From NCBI GenBank assembly GCA_022605425.2, contig CM061246.1, forward strand, positions 372,001 through 436,000: a DNA stretch of 64,000 nt, in the 5' to 3' direction. Shown here piece after piece: positions 23,700 to 36,818 of this stretch. A program made the translations under genes and the position numbers. How positions within the stretch are numbered: position 1 is the stretch's first letter; each line of letters opens with the position of its first letter. The stretch comes from Hamiltosporidium tvaerminnensis FI-OER-3-3 (taxonomy: Eukaryota; Fungi; Microsporidia). A model generated the notes under the pieces. It saw only the letters and a list, made by a program, of their open reading frames with translations. It had not been told where the DNA came from and searched no databases.

Positions 23700-24420
23700 T
23701 TCTTTTTTTAATTACTTTCAAACGATATAAATTCCCTTCTCTTCCTCCAAAATGGTGTTCATTTACATTTATTCTCGGTTTGTCCACTCATCTAACATTG
23801 TCTTATTCGTAATTCATTTACTTTAAAGAGGGTGTTGATAGTTTATGCTTCGACTCTCATTAGCAGTCAACGTTGTGTTTTCTAACGCTCTTTGGCACTA
23901 GATGAACATTCAAATTTTCTTCGTTGATCACAAATTTTTTTCGAATCTAACTTTGGGAGCTATAGACTGAATGTTTGCTTCTACATTTGGAAATATTTTA
24001 GTCTTTTCGAGTACGTCTTATATTATTTTATTACAAGGCTGTTCTAGGTTATCATATAAGAAATTATCTCTCGATTAAATTTATAAATATGACCAAACTG
24101 AATTTTCGATAGTTCCAGTTCATTTGTTACAACCATTATTAATGAATCTTGGGACGTAATTACTTTTTCATTAGAGGTTATCTTTTTAGTCTCTTTTGTA
24201 AAAATGAAAATTCCTTATATATTCTTGCGAATTTTGACATTAGTCTTTATTCTAGTGTCTATTTACATCTTTAAATATTCATTATCAAGTTCATTCTGTT
24301 ATGGTAACGAATTTAAACCTTCAAATATAGAAATTTCAATTCCGTTTAGTTGTTAGATATTAGATTCATAAATGTTTATATTTGATTACATCTGTTAAAA
24401 TATGTACAAAAACCAACATT
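23700..24420 (-). mobile_element. Old degenerate copy of the 3' part (RLE domain and tail) of the R4-like element
   Basis: The reverse complement contains CTTGATAATGAATAT...GACACTAGAATAAAG, GAGATAATT..TATATGATAACC and AATGTAGAAGCAAACATTCAGTCTATAG, collinear with 47380-47870. Confidence 0.8.
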
Positions 24421-26951
24421 TATCTACATTCATTGTAGTTTTTAGCTAATGTCTCTTTTAAATTATAATTTACTACTTATCAAATTTTTATATATATTTT
24501 TGCATTTAATTATCTATACGTTATTTTTTAGTGTAAAAGAAACGTTTTAATATAAAAACCGACACTTTACTAAAAAAATTTTTACAAAATAGTATGCATA
24601 AAATATTTGATTGGAAAATTGCCTAATACTGAAAAATATTGTAAAGTCAAAGTTAAACTCTTTATATCGGGGTATCACGCTTTAGATTCATAGTTATTCT
24701 GCCAAATTTATTCTTGTAAGTTTTTTTCTTGCTCCTTTTTTTTATTTTATAATTGAACTTATGATTTAATTTTCGTTTCGATGTGTCATTTTGTGTAAAT
24801 TATGAACTGAAATTTGTTTTTTGTTTGCTCGGAACATTTTTCTACGTTGTTCTGTATAATAATGAGTCATAGGTTTTTGGTTTGGTTTTTCTGATTCTAT
24901 TACATTCATATATGCTCTTTTCAGGTGCTCATCGGCTTTTATTCAATTAAATCAAACTCTTTGATAAAAATGAAATGTATTTGGTTGTCTTTCCAGTACT
25001 ATCGACTTGATGATTGTTTATTATACTGATATTTTAAGTTTGTAACTATTGCTTATGATATTTATAACAACACAACTAATTTATAAAATAAAAATGCATA
25101 TCAACATTTCATCTATAAACTTGAAATCAATTCATTAGACAATATTTTTTCTAATTTTTTTGTTAGAATACCTTGAAAAAAACTTGCGACGGAATTTTCA
25201 TTTATAGAGCGTCATCAGATTTAATTTCTTATTAACTGAATATTTCTGATCCTTGTTAAGAATTTTAATATGTATGACAATAATATATAATATAAATCTT
25301 TTGGACATTAGGCGATTATTGTGTCTGATACATATATTTTTTAAATGTAATGAAGGAAGTATAACTATATTTTAACCTATCCGTTTTGTAATAAGTGTAT
25401 GGAATGTGTTGGATAAACATTGTTTGACTTATTGGGGGCATATAATCTACATTCTATTCGCATATAATCCAGAATTATAACAGACTAAATGAATCAAATT
25501 GAAAACTTCTATTTGTTCATTTTCGAGAACGAGAGATGAATTAGGTTTGGAATAAGTAAGTAAGTATTATACAAATAAACAATATAGATTGCAAATTAAA
25601 TAAAAACACATTTGCTCTCAAACATAAGAAGAACATAAATCAATCGCAAACGAAAGCTCATGTAATATAAATTTGAAATCAACAGCAATTGGCTATTTAT
25701 AGACATGTATTTTTATAGAAAAATATAAAAAAAATAAAGAATACTTTTGGGAATGTCAAAATACAATTAAAGTATAAATGTTTCCTAAACAGGATATATT
25801 TAAATAAAAACTTCTTGCTTTCAGAAAATTATAAGAAGTCAAAACTAGAATAAATATATTTTTATTATAGACGTATTTTTTTACATGATTAGAAGTATTT
25901 CAGAAATCTATATATCGCCTCTGCTTAAGGGCTTAGTGGTTCTAAATCAATAGATATTAAAATAATCCCCGATTTAAACTCTAAAAATTAAATTATTCAT
26001 GACTCATTGAATAAAATTTTTTTTAAAAAGTAATTTTTCAGTTGTTGTACAAATTTACTTCATTATGTACTTGATTTTATATTCAAAGAACGTACATAAA
26101 TCGTTTTAATTCATTGAGAAAATAGTTTCAAAAATGTAAATTTTATGAGTTACTCCATAAAATTCTAATACTTTTGACTTAGTTTTCCGAAATTTTTTTA
26201 AATTTACCCTGTTTGTCAATATTGATTTTTCTATATATTCATAATTGATTCATCGTTTCGAAATTCTATTAGTACCTAAAGGACAAAAGTCCCGGTTTAT
26301 CTTCTCAATTATTTTTCTCTATCGGCATATATATGTAATATAAATATAAATTGTTCCTATTGTTCTATTTTTTATATAACACACGGTGTATTTCCTTCTA
26401 GTTCCGCTGGAATTCAATACTGCCTCAAATTCACTTTATAGGCCAAAAGAAGGTAATTTGTGGCGGTTTTTCTGTCTATCGACTAAACCAATGCTTCTAT
26501 TATTACTAGTAATTCTAGATCTCTATAATACATCTAGAATATTTCGTGATAAATAAAAACCAGATTAGTATATACAAGAGATTCTATCCTAAATTGATAA
26601 TTAAAAACGCATTGTCTCATTATATACACGTTGTATATACTATTTTTTGACTGGAACAATTTGTGGCGAGTTTTGTTATATATCCCGCTTGATGAGCTTT
26701 AATTGATTTTTTTCTTATTTATGGTCTGTAGTTCGGACATATTTTTCTAAATTGGTACCAATGACAAGAATAAAGGCAAAAAAATTACTTTGTGAGATAG
26801 CATCGTAATATTTTGCTTTTTACCCTAAATTTATTATAAATATTTTTTCTTTTATGACTTATTTAAGAAATTCGAACACATATTATACATGAAAACATGT
26901 CATTTATTTGCAAACAATAAATTATGGATTTTAGATTAAATTTAAAATGTT

Positions 26952-27371
26952 TTATTGGACCTTCTGGCAATAGAAATAGCATATACCAAACAAAATCCCC
27001 ATATCAAATACACCTAAGGTAAACGTGAATACCTTATATATGGATAATTTCTTACAAGAAAGAAATTTCTTTATATTTTTCAGTTCCAAAATAGCAAAAA
27101 ATAAATAAAATATTTTTAGAAATATTGCAAAAACAATTAAAATTCCTAACTTTTCTGAATGAAATCTCGTTAAACTTGAAAGTTCTATCAAATTTAAAAT
27201 AAACAAAACAACTATTGCTATGCTGAACACTGAAATGATTTTAAAATCTTTTGTTTGTAAATTTAAATCTGTTACTGATTCGGTGATTATGGAATCATTT
27301 GAGTAATAGAACAATTCATGATTGCTCGATGAGTATAAACTAACGGGGTTAAGTGACAATGGTAGGTTCAT
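26952..27371 (-). CDS. Uncharacterised 3-TM protein, paralogue 2 of the 'FD[AM]GIL' family
   Basis: HSEK...FLKIFY...KKLSIYKVFTFTLGVFDMGILFGICYFY. The first in-frame ATG is at 27371. Confidence 0.75.
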   Translation of the reverse strand: MNLPLSLNPVSLYSSSNHELFYYSNDSIITESVTDLNLQTKDFKIISVFSIAIVVLFILNLIELSSLTRFHSEKLGILIVFAIFLKIFYLFFAILELKNIKKFLSCKKLSIYKVFTFTLGVFDMGILFGICYFYCQKVQ

Positions 27372-28195
27372 TCTATCAAACAAAAAAAAACATGTATATA
27401 TAGAAGAAAAAAAATTATTAATTTTAAATGTATTTATCTATATTTGGAAACCAATATTACTATTAAGAAAAAAAAATAAGTTCTTTTAATGTACTCAATT
27501 AATCAAAAAGAATATATTTAAAACTGTATATTATTTCCAATATTTTTTATACTTTGATTTTATGGCTTTCTATTTTTTTATTTGAATTTTATTTTCGATA
27601 TTCTGAGTCAATTTTTTGTTTTCAACTTTTTTTGTCAAAATTCGAATTCAAATTTTCAAGTATTTTTTTACCTAATAGTTATAAGGTATTATTTTGTATG
27701 TATTTTAAAGCTATATATGTGTATTCATCATCTATTCTTCTAAAATGTTTTCCAATCTTTTTATTAGATTCTAAAAAATTTCATTTTAATTCGCTTCGAA
27801 AATAAAAAAATATTTGACTGCTCTTTTGACCTTAAACTAAATCATGGTTTTTTCGCGTGTACACAGCATTCTTTAGGTATATCTTATGATATTTAGCAAT
27901 TTTATCATACATCATAACCGATCGAATTATCTCTGAACCCAATATATATACTGAAAACGTTTTTTTGGCCCGAAGTCATAGATTCTTGATTTACTAGATT
28001 TATCAGTTTAGGAAATATTCTGAAAATTTCTTATGCACTTTTTGTAATCAAATTTCTGTTATAATCGAATATATTTCTATTTCTAAAAATTTAGAAACTC
28101 ATCTTACGAATCTTTTCTATCTTATTTCCGCATACTTATTTTAAATAATTTATTTAAAAAAAACACCACATAATTCCTTTTAAAACTAAAATTTA

Positions 28196-30390
28196 CAGTA
28201 TTTCAAAAAAAAATCAGAAGACTGAAAAAATTATAAATTTTCATACTTTTTAATTGGAATATAAAATATTTTTAAGTAAATGGTAATTTCTAGTTTTATT
28301 CCAATATTTTTCATTAGTAAGTTTGTATAATATCTTGTTATATATTTATACATACATATTTTTCAAATATTTGTGGAGGGAGGATAACCACATAAAAAAC
28401 TTTCTGCTTGGCAATGAGTGTGTGAAACTTTTATGAGATCATTGTTTGCATTTTTGGTGGGAATAAAACCACACTACATCTTCGGTTGTTCTTTAGGAGT
28501 TGTTATGAGGAGGAGAGGTCTAAGAAATGGAGAAACTTTTCTACAAATTTATTTGTAGTTTTTTATGTAACCAGATTGCTGACTGCAGCTGAAATTGTAG
28601 GTAATTGCCATGTAAAAGCATGGAAACCTAGCCTTGCTCACTCGGGTTAGAAGACTTAGCGCCTGGGAGATACAAAACAAAAAACCATTTAAAGCCAGGA
28701 AAGCTAAGTAGCAGGTTATACCTGTTGGTATGACATTGCACTGTCTAGGTAAACCCCATGTAAATCTCTGAAATATATCTTAGCCAGAAGTTTATTGGGT
28801 TCAGAAAGTGTAGAGTAAGTGGGAATGCTGCATAGTCTTGGGGGAGCCCAGGGGGGGGCTTCGGCCTTCGATCACACTCCATGCAACGGACATTAACGAA
28901 CTCCGGGCAACTGCCTCGCCTATTAATTAGGTTCTACACACCTGGTAGATGAAAGGCTTTGGGACTTAGGTATCGCAGGGGTTACCGATGGAGTGTTGGG
29001 GTAGCTGTTATTTATGTTAAACCTAGAACTGCGTTAATGTCATGAAAACAAATATAACACTTGCCACTATTTTACAAAGGTGTGATACTTTTAAATAAAG
29101 TATTTTTCAAACATTAATAAAAGCCCTGGAAATTTATAAATAAGTAAAACTTTGCGGCATAGATAAGTTGATTATTTCTTTTGAGATTTAAATCAACTTC
29201 AAACTAGTTATTCTAATCAGCCTGGAAGAAAGATACTATGGTGGTGTTAAACGCAAAAGATTATTCAATAAAAATATTTTCTGACTTGCTTCAAGTAGCT
29301 TAATCCATTTTGCGAAACATTACTGGAACATAGAAATAGAAAAGATACAAATTATAAACATGAATCCAAGCGATCTCCCTTTATAAATATTACCATGACT
29401 AATAGAATTTCTGATTTTAAGAAGAAAAACCTACTATTCGTCCAGCAGAAATCTCTAAAAAATTGTATGAGTTTATGTAATTATAACGGTACAGTCTTTT
29501 CTATAAGGAATCAGCTAAATAAAATCGGTATCTATACCCGTTCTCATGCTCAAAAACTTTTGTTGTCATTAAACAATATGGTTGATAGTTTAAAATTTTT
29601 AAATTATTTTTATCATTTCAAATGACAATTGAAACGTACAATATTTATTGATCCATGTAATTTCAACTTGTTTATTCAGACGGTAAGGTTAATGTAAAAA
29701 GAGAGTAGAAAGAACGCCTAAATATATGATTCTCATTGTTAAGCATAATAGAGAAAATATTATGGTTTTAGGATGTATGTCATATCAAAGGGTTGGCAAT
29801 TCGGCATTTATTGATACAACATGGACTGATTTCAATGTATTGGGATTATCAAATAATTTAGAATCATCTCCATGGAATATAGTTTGGATGGGTATATTTT
29901 AGAAAGATAATGGTCTAAACATATATAAAAGTTTCCGGGAAATTTCGAAAGAAATTGAAATACTTCCTTGATCATCCCAATTACAGGATTTAAGCCTGCT
30001 AGAACATCTTTGAGCCTACATGCAAAAGGATTTGCGTAATTGTAGTTTTGAAAATAAGCATACGATAAACCAAAAAGGCATCGAAAATTGAATGAGATTT
30101 TCCTTGCGTTTGTACAACAACTTCTTATGTTTATTAAAAAACGATTTTTAGCTGTCTCACGCGCTCAGAGATGGTATACTAAATATTAAATAGAAGTGTC
30201 TGGATTTTTTATGACTAAAATTTTGTAAATTTAATCTTTTTGTTTTATATAGACAATTTGTATTAAAGACCTCCTAGATTTATGTTTAAAATATAGTCTT
30301 TCTATACTAGTTGAAACACTTTAAATTGCGACGTTCTATATATGAATAAATTATTTGAACATTAGTGTCCAAATTTAATTTGGCATACTG
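28196..30390 (+). mobile_element. Decayed Tc1/mariner DNA transposon (~1.45 kb) interrupted by a ~730-bp insertion
   Basis: TA-flanked imperfect TIRs: TA|CAGTATTTCAAAAAAAAATCAGAAGACT at 28196 and AGTGTCCAAATTTAATTTGGCATACTG|TA ending at 30390. Transposase relics: MVLGCMSYQRVG (~VMVWGC), KDNGLN (~QDNDPKH), QDLSLLEHL (~SPDLNPIEHLW) and YTKY* near 30180. Confidence 0.85.
28372..29100 (+). mobile_element. ~730-bp non-coding structured retroposon, copy A (nested in Tc1)
   Basis: Highly similar to 36819-37553 along its whole length. 15-bp TSD TATTTTTCAAA(T/C)ATT at 28357-28371 and 29101-29115. No long ORF. Confidence 0.92.
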
Positions 30391-31177
30391 TATATCTATT
30401 TAGGAAGAACCATATACCTTTAATTTTTTCCTTTTGCCCCCTAGTATAATTTTGTGCGGGCTTTTTAAGAATTAAGTCTCTAAATTCTAATTTTTTTCAA
30501 GGAATTTCAAAATGTTGACTTTCTTTATAACCAAAAATCCATTTAGGTCTTTCTCTAATGCAAGCGATGTTCATAATTTGACCTACTTTTATCTTTCCTA
30601 ACCACATGAGAAATTACGAAATAAACTTATGATTATATACTTAATGTATTTTGAACTTAATTTTACTATTTGTTTTTATGTAAATTTTTAATCCTCAATA
30701 CCTAGGGTATAAGATGGCAGGAATATGTATGTAAGCAAATAAATTTTGTTTGAGTTTTTTTTCGAAATTCCTCGGTGTTTTTTCTACTATCATATATTTG
30801 TCATTAATATAGCCTAATATTGTGGCTTTTGAGGTGTTTATTTATTTCTACTTTTAGATTATGTTCCCCTGGTAATGTATTTCGTTCCAAATAATCTATA
30901 GTTGCAAAAAAACTTTTTCTTCGCAATTAACACTGTTATGTTTCTTCAATTTTGGTATCAAGAGGATATAGGCTCTTTTATATTCAAATTTAAACCTACT
31001 TTATATATTATCAACATTGCAAGTATTCTATCATTTCTTAAGAAATTAACTTAACCAAGCGAATACTTTCATATGATAGTGAATTAACTATCTTTTCCAT
31101 TGATTAATTACATAAATTTTAAATTAATGTATTCATTTTCCTATAATAAAATTTTCACGATAGTTATGGATTATTTT

Positions 31178-31416
31178 CCCCCCACCTTGCCGGCAGCAGA
31201 ATTGGTCTGAGTATTCTCTGCTTGTTGTAAGCGACGACTAAAATGGACTGGCCCTCCAAGTTGGAGTTGGGTGTAGGGCCAGCAACCCATTATTTAAAAC
31301 CACCTTGTTACAAACCCCAAAAAAGTAAAAAACCCACTGGAAAAAGACCGGTGGGCGGTATTACTGAGGGCGGCTAGGGCTCGTGCAGTGATGTAGTGCC
31401 ATGAATAAAAATAATA
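31178..31416 (+). mobile_element. Short RTE-derived non-autonomous element (5' UTR fused to 3' end)
   Basis: GC-rich island. The 5' part has the RTE-type UTR CCTCCAAGTTGGAGTTGGGTGTAGGGCCAGCAACCC...TTGTTACAAA. The 3' part GGCTAGGGCTCG...TGTAGTGCCATGAA plus an (AAT)n tail resembles the RTE 3' end at ~36200. ~12-bp TSD AT(G/A)GATTATTTT at 31166-31177 and 31417-31428. Confidence 0.75.
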
Positions 31417-32529
31417 ATAGATTATTTTTTTTTAATTTAAATAGAATCAGACTTTGTTTTGTCTTAGCTATGTATCATCTGGTCAATTATTTTTTTAAAA
31501 TAAATTCTATCTTGTAAAACTAATTATTCAAAACATGTAAAATTTAGGATACTTTATATTTTTGGGTCTTAAAGATATTTTTGACAAAAATATACTTCGC
31601 TTTTCGTAATGCACATGAATCATATTTTGATCCAAAAACCTTTAGAAGCTCATAAACTATAGAAAATTTGTAAAGATAAATATTTTTAGGCATATTATTT
31701 TTATATATATTGGTTAGTTTTGTAAAAATGATAGTACACCTGCAAATCAAAATTATAAAAAAAATATGATGAGAAAATATTTTTTTGCATTTTCTTGGGT
31801 ATTTTCTTCTTTCTGAATCCATTGGTAGATTTCACACCCCCTATCACCAGATTTTATTATAGTAGATAAAAAATTTCGACAAAAAAAACATACTAATTTT
31901 ATACACAACCAAAAGTTAAATTTGACTATGCCATATGCATCAATGTCAAACAAGTCAACGCGCATCTCATCATAGAGTAATTCTAACAAAAATGAACCAA
32001 TTTTTTACTCACTTTTTAATATATTTTGGTGTATAAAAGAAGAATTCTATAGGAAAGACTCGAAAGTTTTTTTTTTAAATAAATATGAATAATAAATCTT
32101 TTTTTGACACAGATACACTTTGCTCTTGATATTTTTATACGCTTTAGTTAGCACAGCTTGGAGTAGAAGTATTTTTACATCTCTTTTATATTTTTTGACT
32201 TCCCCAGTTAATTTCCATTCTAAACTTTTGCATTTCAATTCTAAATCTAACAGTTTGCTGACTATCGATCTTCGGTCTATATAGGTTTAAAATTTAACCT
32301 ATAGAAGGTACTTTATACCCAATTCTGTATATTTTTCAAAGCAGATAAGACAGTCTATTGGATCAATCAATCAGATAAGCGCATTCCTTCTATACTTTTG
32401 ATGTTTAATCACTAACTCAGCGGTTTTAAAGCCCTTGAAAAGCTTCAGCCTCTTTACGAAATTCCTTCACCCTTCTTATTGTGCCCTGAATTTTTTTGTT
32501 GTAATGCATTGAGTTTTATTGGTTTTTTT

Positions 32530-33000
32530 TTGGCTTCATCTAGCTATTTTTTTTCTTAATCTCATCCGTTTTCTCTTATCTTCGGGTGCGATCTAAGAAT
32601 TTTTGTAACAGCCTTTTCTTATGACATTCTTCTAAAGTTCCCTAGTTATCTAAGTTTTTTCTTTTCCATAATCATGTTTAAATAAGCTTTTTCAAAAATT
32701 CTATATATTTTTAGATTTTTCTGATTCCCCACTTGTCATAATCAAATATGAGGCCATATTTTTTCCTCAATATTCTTCTTTTCCATATGATCAGCAAGAC
32801 TTCGTCTCTTATTTTCATTACCAATGCCTCGAAAGCATAGTACCGTAAGTCTAATAATCACCTGTATGTTTACTCTTTTGAATTTTGATTTATCAAATTT
32901 ATCTTCAGTACGGTTGCAGAGTAAGTAGCTTTTGTTGCAAGCTTTTATTCTTTCTGTAATCACAAGAGCATTTGTATTAGCTTCGTTCCAAAATATATGT
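32530..33000 (-). mobile_element. Decayed RTE-clade LINE, C-terminal part of RT
   Basis: RIKACNKSY (~RIxxANRxY), IQVIIRLTVL (~IYKTIIRPVL), MEKKNIEEKIWP (~FERKILRKIxGP), WGIRK and a KRxRxRxK.xD-like motif, in RTE order. Confidence 0.6.
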
Positions 33001-33185
33001 CTTCTATAATACCATAAAGATACAAATGAAAAGTGTTGTGAATTGACTAGGAAATATTAAATATTAAATTATTAAATCGTAAGTAGAAAAAAATTGCAAT
33101 TCTAAAAAGCATAGAAGAAAATAAAATTTACCTAACTAGTATTTGATGCTAAAAGTACCAGATATGCCGTATAAATAACCATTCA

Positions 33186-33904
33186 CTTTAAAAAAAACAG
33201 ATCTTTGTAGAAGATTGGCAAGTTTTATAGTTTTTTTCATGGCCTTACGCAGTTCTAGGTTAAACATAAAAAAATGCTACCTCATCACTCAATCGGTACA
33301 CTTTATTATACCTAAATCCCAAAGACTTTCATCTAAAAGACGTGTAGACCCAATATATAGGCGAGGCAGTTTTCTGGATTTGTTTATGCCCGTTGCTTTG
33401 GGTTTGATTTAAGACCGAAGCCCTCACCCTAGGATCCCCCAAGACTTGTAGCAGTTTTGCCTACTTCACCTTTTCAGAACCTAATAAACTTCTAGCTGAG
33501 ATATATTCCAAAGACTTACTTAAGATCCCCCTAGACAGTGCAATGTCATACCAACAGTTATAATCTGCTAATTAGCTTTCTCTAGTTTAGATGGTTTTAT
33601 TTTTTATATTTCCCAGGCGATGAGTCTTCTAACTCGAGTGAGCAAGGCTAGGTTTTAATGTTTTAATGTGGCAATTACCTAAAAGTTCAGTTCCGGTCTA
33701 GTTACATATAAAACTAAAATTAAATTTTTAGAGAAAGTTTCACCATTTCGTAGCCTCTCCTCCTTCCCATAACAACACCCATAGAACAACCAAAGATTTC
33801 GTGTAGTTATATTCCTACCAAAACTCCAAACAATAATATTCCCACCCATTTCATATTCTCATTGCCAAGCAGATGGTTTTTTATAAGGTTATCCTCCTTC
33901 CACA
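33186..33904 (-). mobile_element. ~730-bp non-coding structured retroposon, copy C (intermediate divergence)
   Basis: The reverse complement begins TGTGGAAGGAGGATAACC, contains AACCTAGCCTTGCTCACTCG, GGTATGACATTGCACTGTCTAGG and GGGCTTCGG, and ends CCTAGAACTGCGT..CCATGAAAAAAACTATAAAACTTGCC. Confidence 0.9.
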
Positions 33905-35298
33905 TTTGTAAATGAAGATATAATTATTTTTTTGTAGAGTATTACCAAGAAATTATATTTTTCTAAAACTAACTAAAGGTATAATTTTCAGGTTTAAGAT
34001 ATTTCTCGAATATATCAAGCTTTTAATCTTCCAAAACTATATTTGATTGGAGTATTCGCAATTATAATTTTACACATAATAGTTTTTACAACTTCGAAAT
34101 TCAATCACATATTGTATATGCTTAAGCTATGGTTGATTCGGGTTGTCTGTTTAGTTCTAATTTTAACACATCGAAAATTTCTTTAATGCTCTTATCGCTG
34201 AATTAGAGACGTGTCAGCCCTAAGTGTTCCCTAAAAATTTTAGATACGTACTTAACAAGAAATAAAAGCTACAACCTTCTATTACATGCCGATCTAGGCT
34301 AATCGTATTGTTTTTGGTCTTTAAAACATGCTTATGTTGTCTTTATGGTATTATTATTTTCTGATATGATCACAAGAACACCATAATCTGCATACTGTTC
34401 GACATATCGAGTAACAAGACCAGAATTTCATATTCGATTAATTCACTCGAAGATTCTGTGTTCTAAAAAACACCATTTGAATTTTAATCTTCCAGACCTC
34501 TCTGATTTTGTTAAGATACTTTTTTCTCGGCTTATAAATAGAATGATGATATCGAAATAATAACTGGGAAGTTAAAAAAAATGGCAATTTTATGTCTTCT
34601 AGATTTCTTGATTGTGTTTTTCTCTTTGAAGCTCTTTAGTCCAATGTTTTTGGCATATCGAACTATCGGAACATGTGAATTTTATGATTTAGATCCTTTA
34701 AAATACTGTCTGGGTTTTTCGTGTAATTATTCTGAACCTTTACACTTTAAAAAAAAATAATGAAATCATTTTTTACGGTCGACTTTTCAAAGAAAAGTGC
34801 ATTTGAACTATTTTTAACTGTTTTCCTTCCATTTTAATTTAGTACACGGATATTGACTTCAACACCGAGATATACAGAGAACTGAAATAAGTAAATAGGT
34901 GCAAGAATATTGAACTTCATATGACAAATCGCATACAAATGTTTCTTATACAACTAGACAGGTTCATTAGGAAAGGATATGTTATTGGTTTCAGAATTTG
35001 GTGCAATGATTTTTGTTTTATTATTAAGGCTTTTTTATATTCAAAATCGAGCGGATAAATCACATTTATAGCTGGTTTTAAACAAGATTTTTGCATCATT
35101 GTATTTCTATTAACTTTATAATATTTTTTGCGTCTTTCTTATGATTTATTTACTTTTAGAACAAATTTTTACTCAATTGACTTTATTTAAATTACATTAC
35201 TGATAGAATATTACATTTTTTACTCAAATTAATTTATTTTGACAGCTGATAAATTAATTTTATTTTTTTTAAACTACATTTTTGTTTGGATATTTATA

Positions 35299-35730
35299 AT
35301 GAGTTCCTCAATGATATTTGAATGCGAGATTGTATCCATACCTGAAAATTATAGACCTCTTTTGCCGTCCAACAGATCTATAAATACAGATGAAGAAAGT
35401 GATACTAATTTCGGAACAAAAGACATTATAAGGCTTTTTTTGTTTGTTTTTTTACTTCTTTCTTCGTATGTTATAAACTCAGTAGAGATTATCACACTAA
35501 GAGAAAAGCATTCTAAAAAAATATTATTTTGTATATTAGTTTTTGTAATTCTTAAATTAATTTATTGTTTTATTTCCTTTGGGAGATTAATAGAGTGGAC
35601 AGAGTGTCTGTCTTTCAGAAAAATATCTGTTTACAAAATTGCAACACTCGCTATACTTATATTTGATGCAGGTATTTTGTTTGGATTTTACTGTTTTTAT
35701 TACTATACAACTGAGAAATTTATCCTTTAA
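35299..35730 (+). CDS. Uncharacterised 3-TM protein, paralogue 3 of the 'FD[AM]GIL' family
   Basis: HSKK...ILKLIY...RKISVYKIATLAILIFDAGILFGFYCFY. The first ATG is at 35299. Confidence 0.78.
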   Translation: MSSSMIFECEIVSIPENYRPLLPSNRSINTDEESDTNFGTKDIIRLFLFVFLLLSSYVINSVEIITLREKHSKKILFCILVFVILKLIYCFISFGRLIEWTECLSFRKISVYKIATLAILIFDAGILFGFYCFYYYTTEKFIL

Positions 35731-36169
35731 ATTTATTGTCAATACTTTTACTGATTTGATAATAAAAAATTTTTTTATAAGTATTCTTATAATTCCATAT
35801 TTAATCTTAAATTAATAATATTTTTTATAAATCAATTATTTGAAAGAATATTATGTTATTCATATTAGCATAATATATTTTTCGTTTTTCTATTTTTGTT
35901 CTATTAAAACATTTTTGCTCTAACTAGCAGAATCGGACTTAATTTTAAATTAAGGGAAAAAAGAAGGATGAATAGATTGATTTATCTTCTAGTCTTCATC
36001 ATCTGTGGAATAATTTCAATATTTTTACCAGTACTTTTATAACCTCGTCTGATTTGTTTACTCGTATAATTTTCAGCATTTCATATTTGCCGATATAGCA
36101 TCAAATTAGCAATTTCCTAATAAAATTTCAGAATAAAATTTTCAGTTATATTTTGAATTAGCATATTTT

Positions 36170-36690
36170 CTTCTTCTTGATTACTTAATTTCTCAATGGA
36201 ATTACAGCCCAATTAAGACCATTGCCTCATTTTCTAATAACGTCCACTTACCACGATCAAGCGCAAACTTTTTATTTCGTCTATACCAAAGTTATTGTGA
36301 TCTTTTTTGACATCATCTAGCGATCCAGCTTTGGGGCGACCGGGAATTCTTCGACCTTCGGCTTTAAACAGATATACTTTCTATCTAAGCTCTGTTTTCT
36401 GGCATCCGTTCAACATGGCCCAGTAATCTGAGTTTGGTTATTTTAACATCGATTAAAATTATGTGTTTTGATATAAATGTTGGTGATCAATTTCCGTACG
36501 AATTCTTTACTCTTCTTGCTTGTTTCTTATTGGTTCGTATATTTTCCGTAGAATCTATTATTTTTTTTATTCTTCTGCTCTATTATACTTTATATTTTTG
36601 TAGCTTTGAGCCATTATTTCCTTTTTGCTCATTTTTGTTTACTAAATATTTCATTGCATGTATCTTTACTTTATTGGCTTGAAGTGTGTT
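36170..36690 (-). mobile_element. 5'-truncated RTE-clade LINE 3' end
   Basis: Minus strand reads ILRKIY..., LRLLGHVERMPENR, EGRRIPGRPK...DDVKKD and DRGKW...EAMVLIGL*, followed by GGGCTGTAATTCCATTGA...GAAGAAGAA, a typical RTE C-terminus and tail. Confidence 0.85.
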
Positions 36691-36818
36691 AGGTTTTTTT
36701 CATTTTTTTTTTAAAATTTTTAACGTAAAATGCATTAGTCTTTCATTCGCTGCGAAATTTCTCAGTTATCTTTATTAATTTTTTTATTTAACGTGACTAT
36801 AATTATTCCTTATTATAT

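Noticed and set aside
25200-26750. Faint integrase-like and Merlin/ISXO2-like motifs
   Set aside because: Only 3-5 residue matches across broken frames; not supportable without a translated search.
28372-28420. GTGGAGGG at the 5' end of the 730-bp element resembling a twister ribozyme segment
   Set aside because: It pairs with CTTTCTGC, but the GGUCCCAAGCCC-type loop and UAA cleavage motif are not found in the required arrangement. No hammerhead CUGANGA/GAAA core was seen either.
30550-31000. IFLPSYT (~LPPYSP) IS630/Tc1-like fragment on the minus strand
   Set aside because: A single weak motif with no TIRs found.
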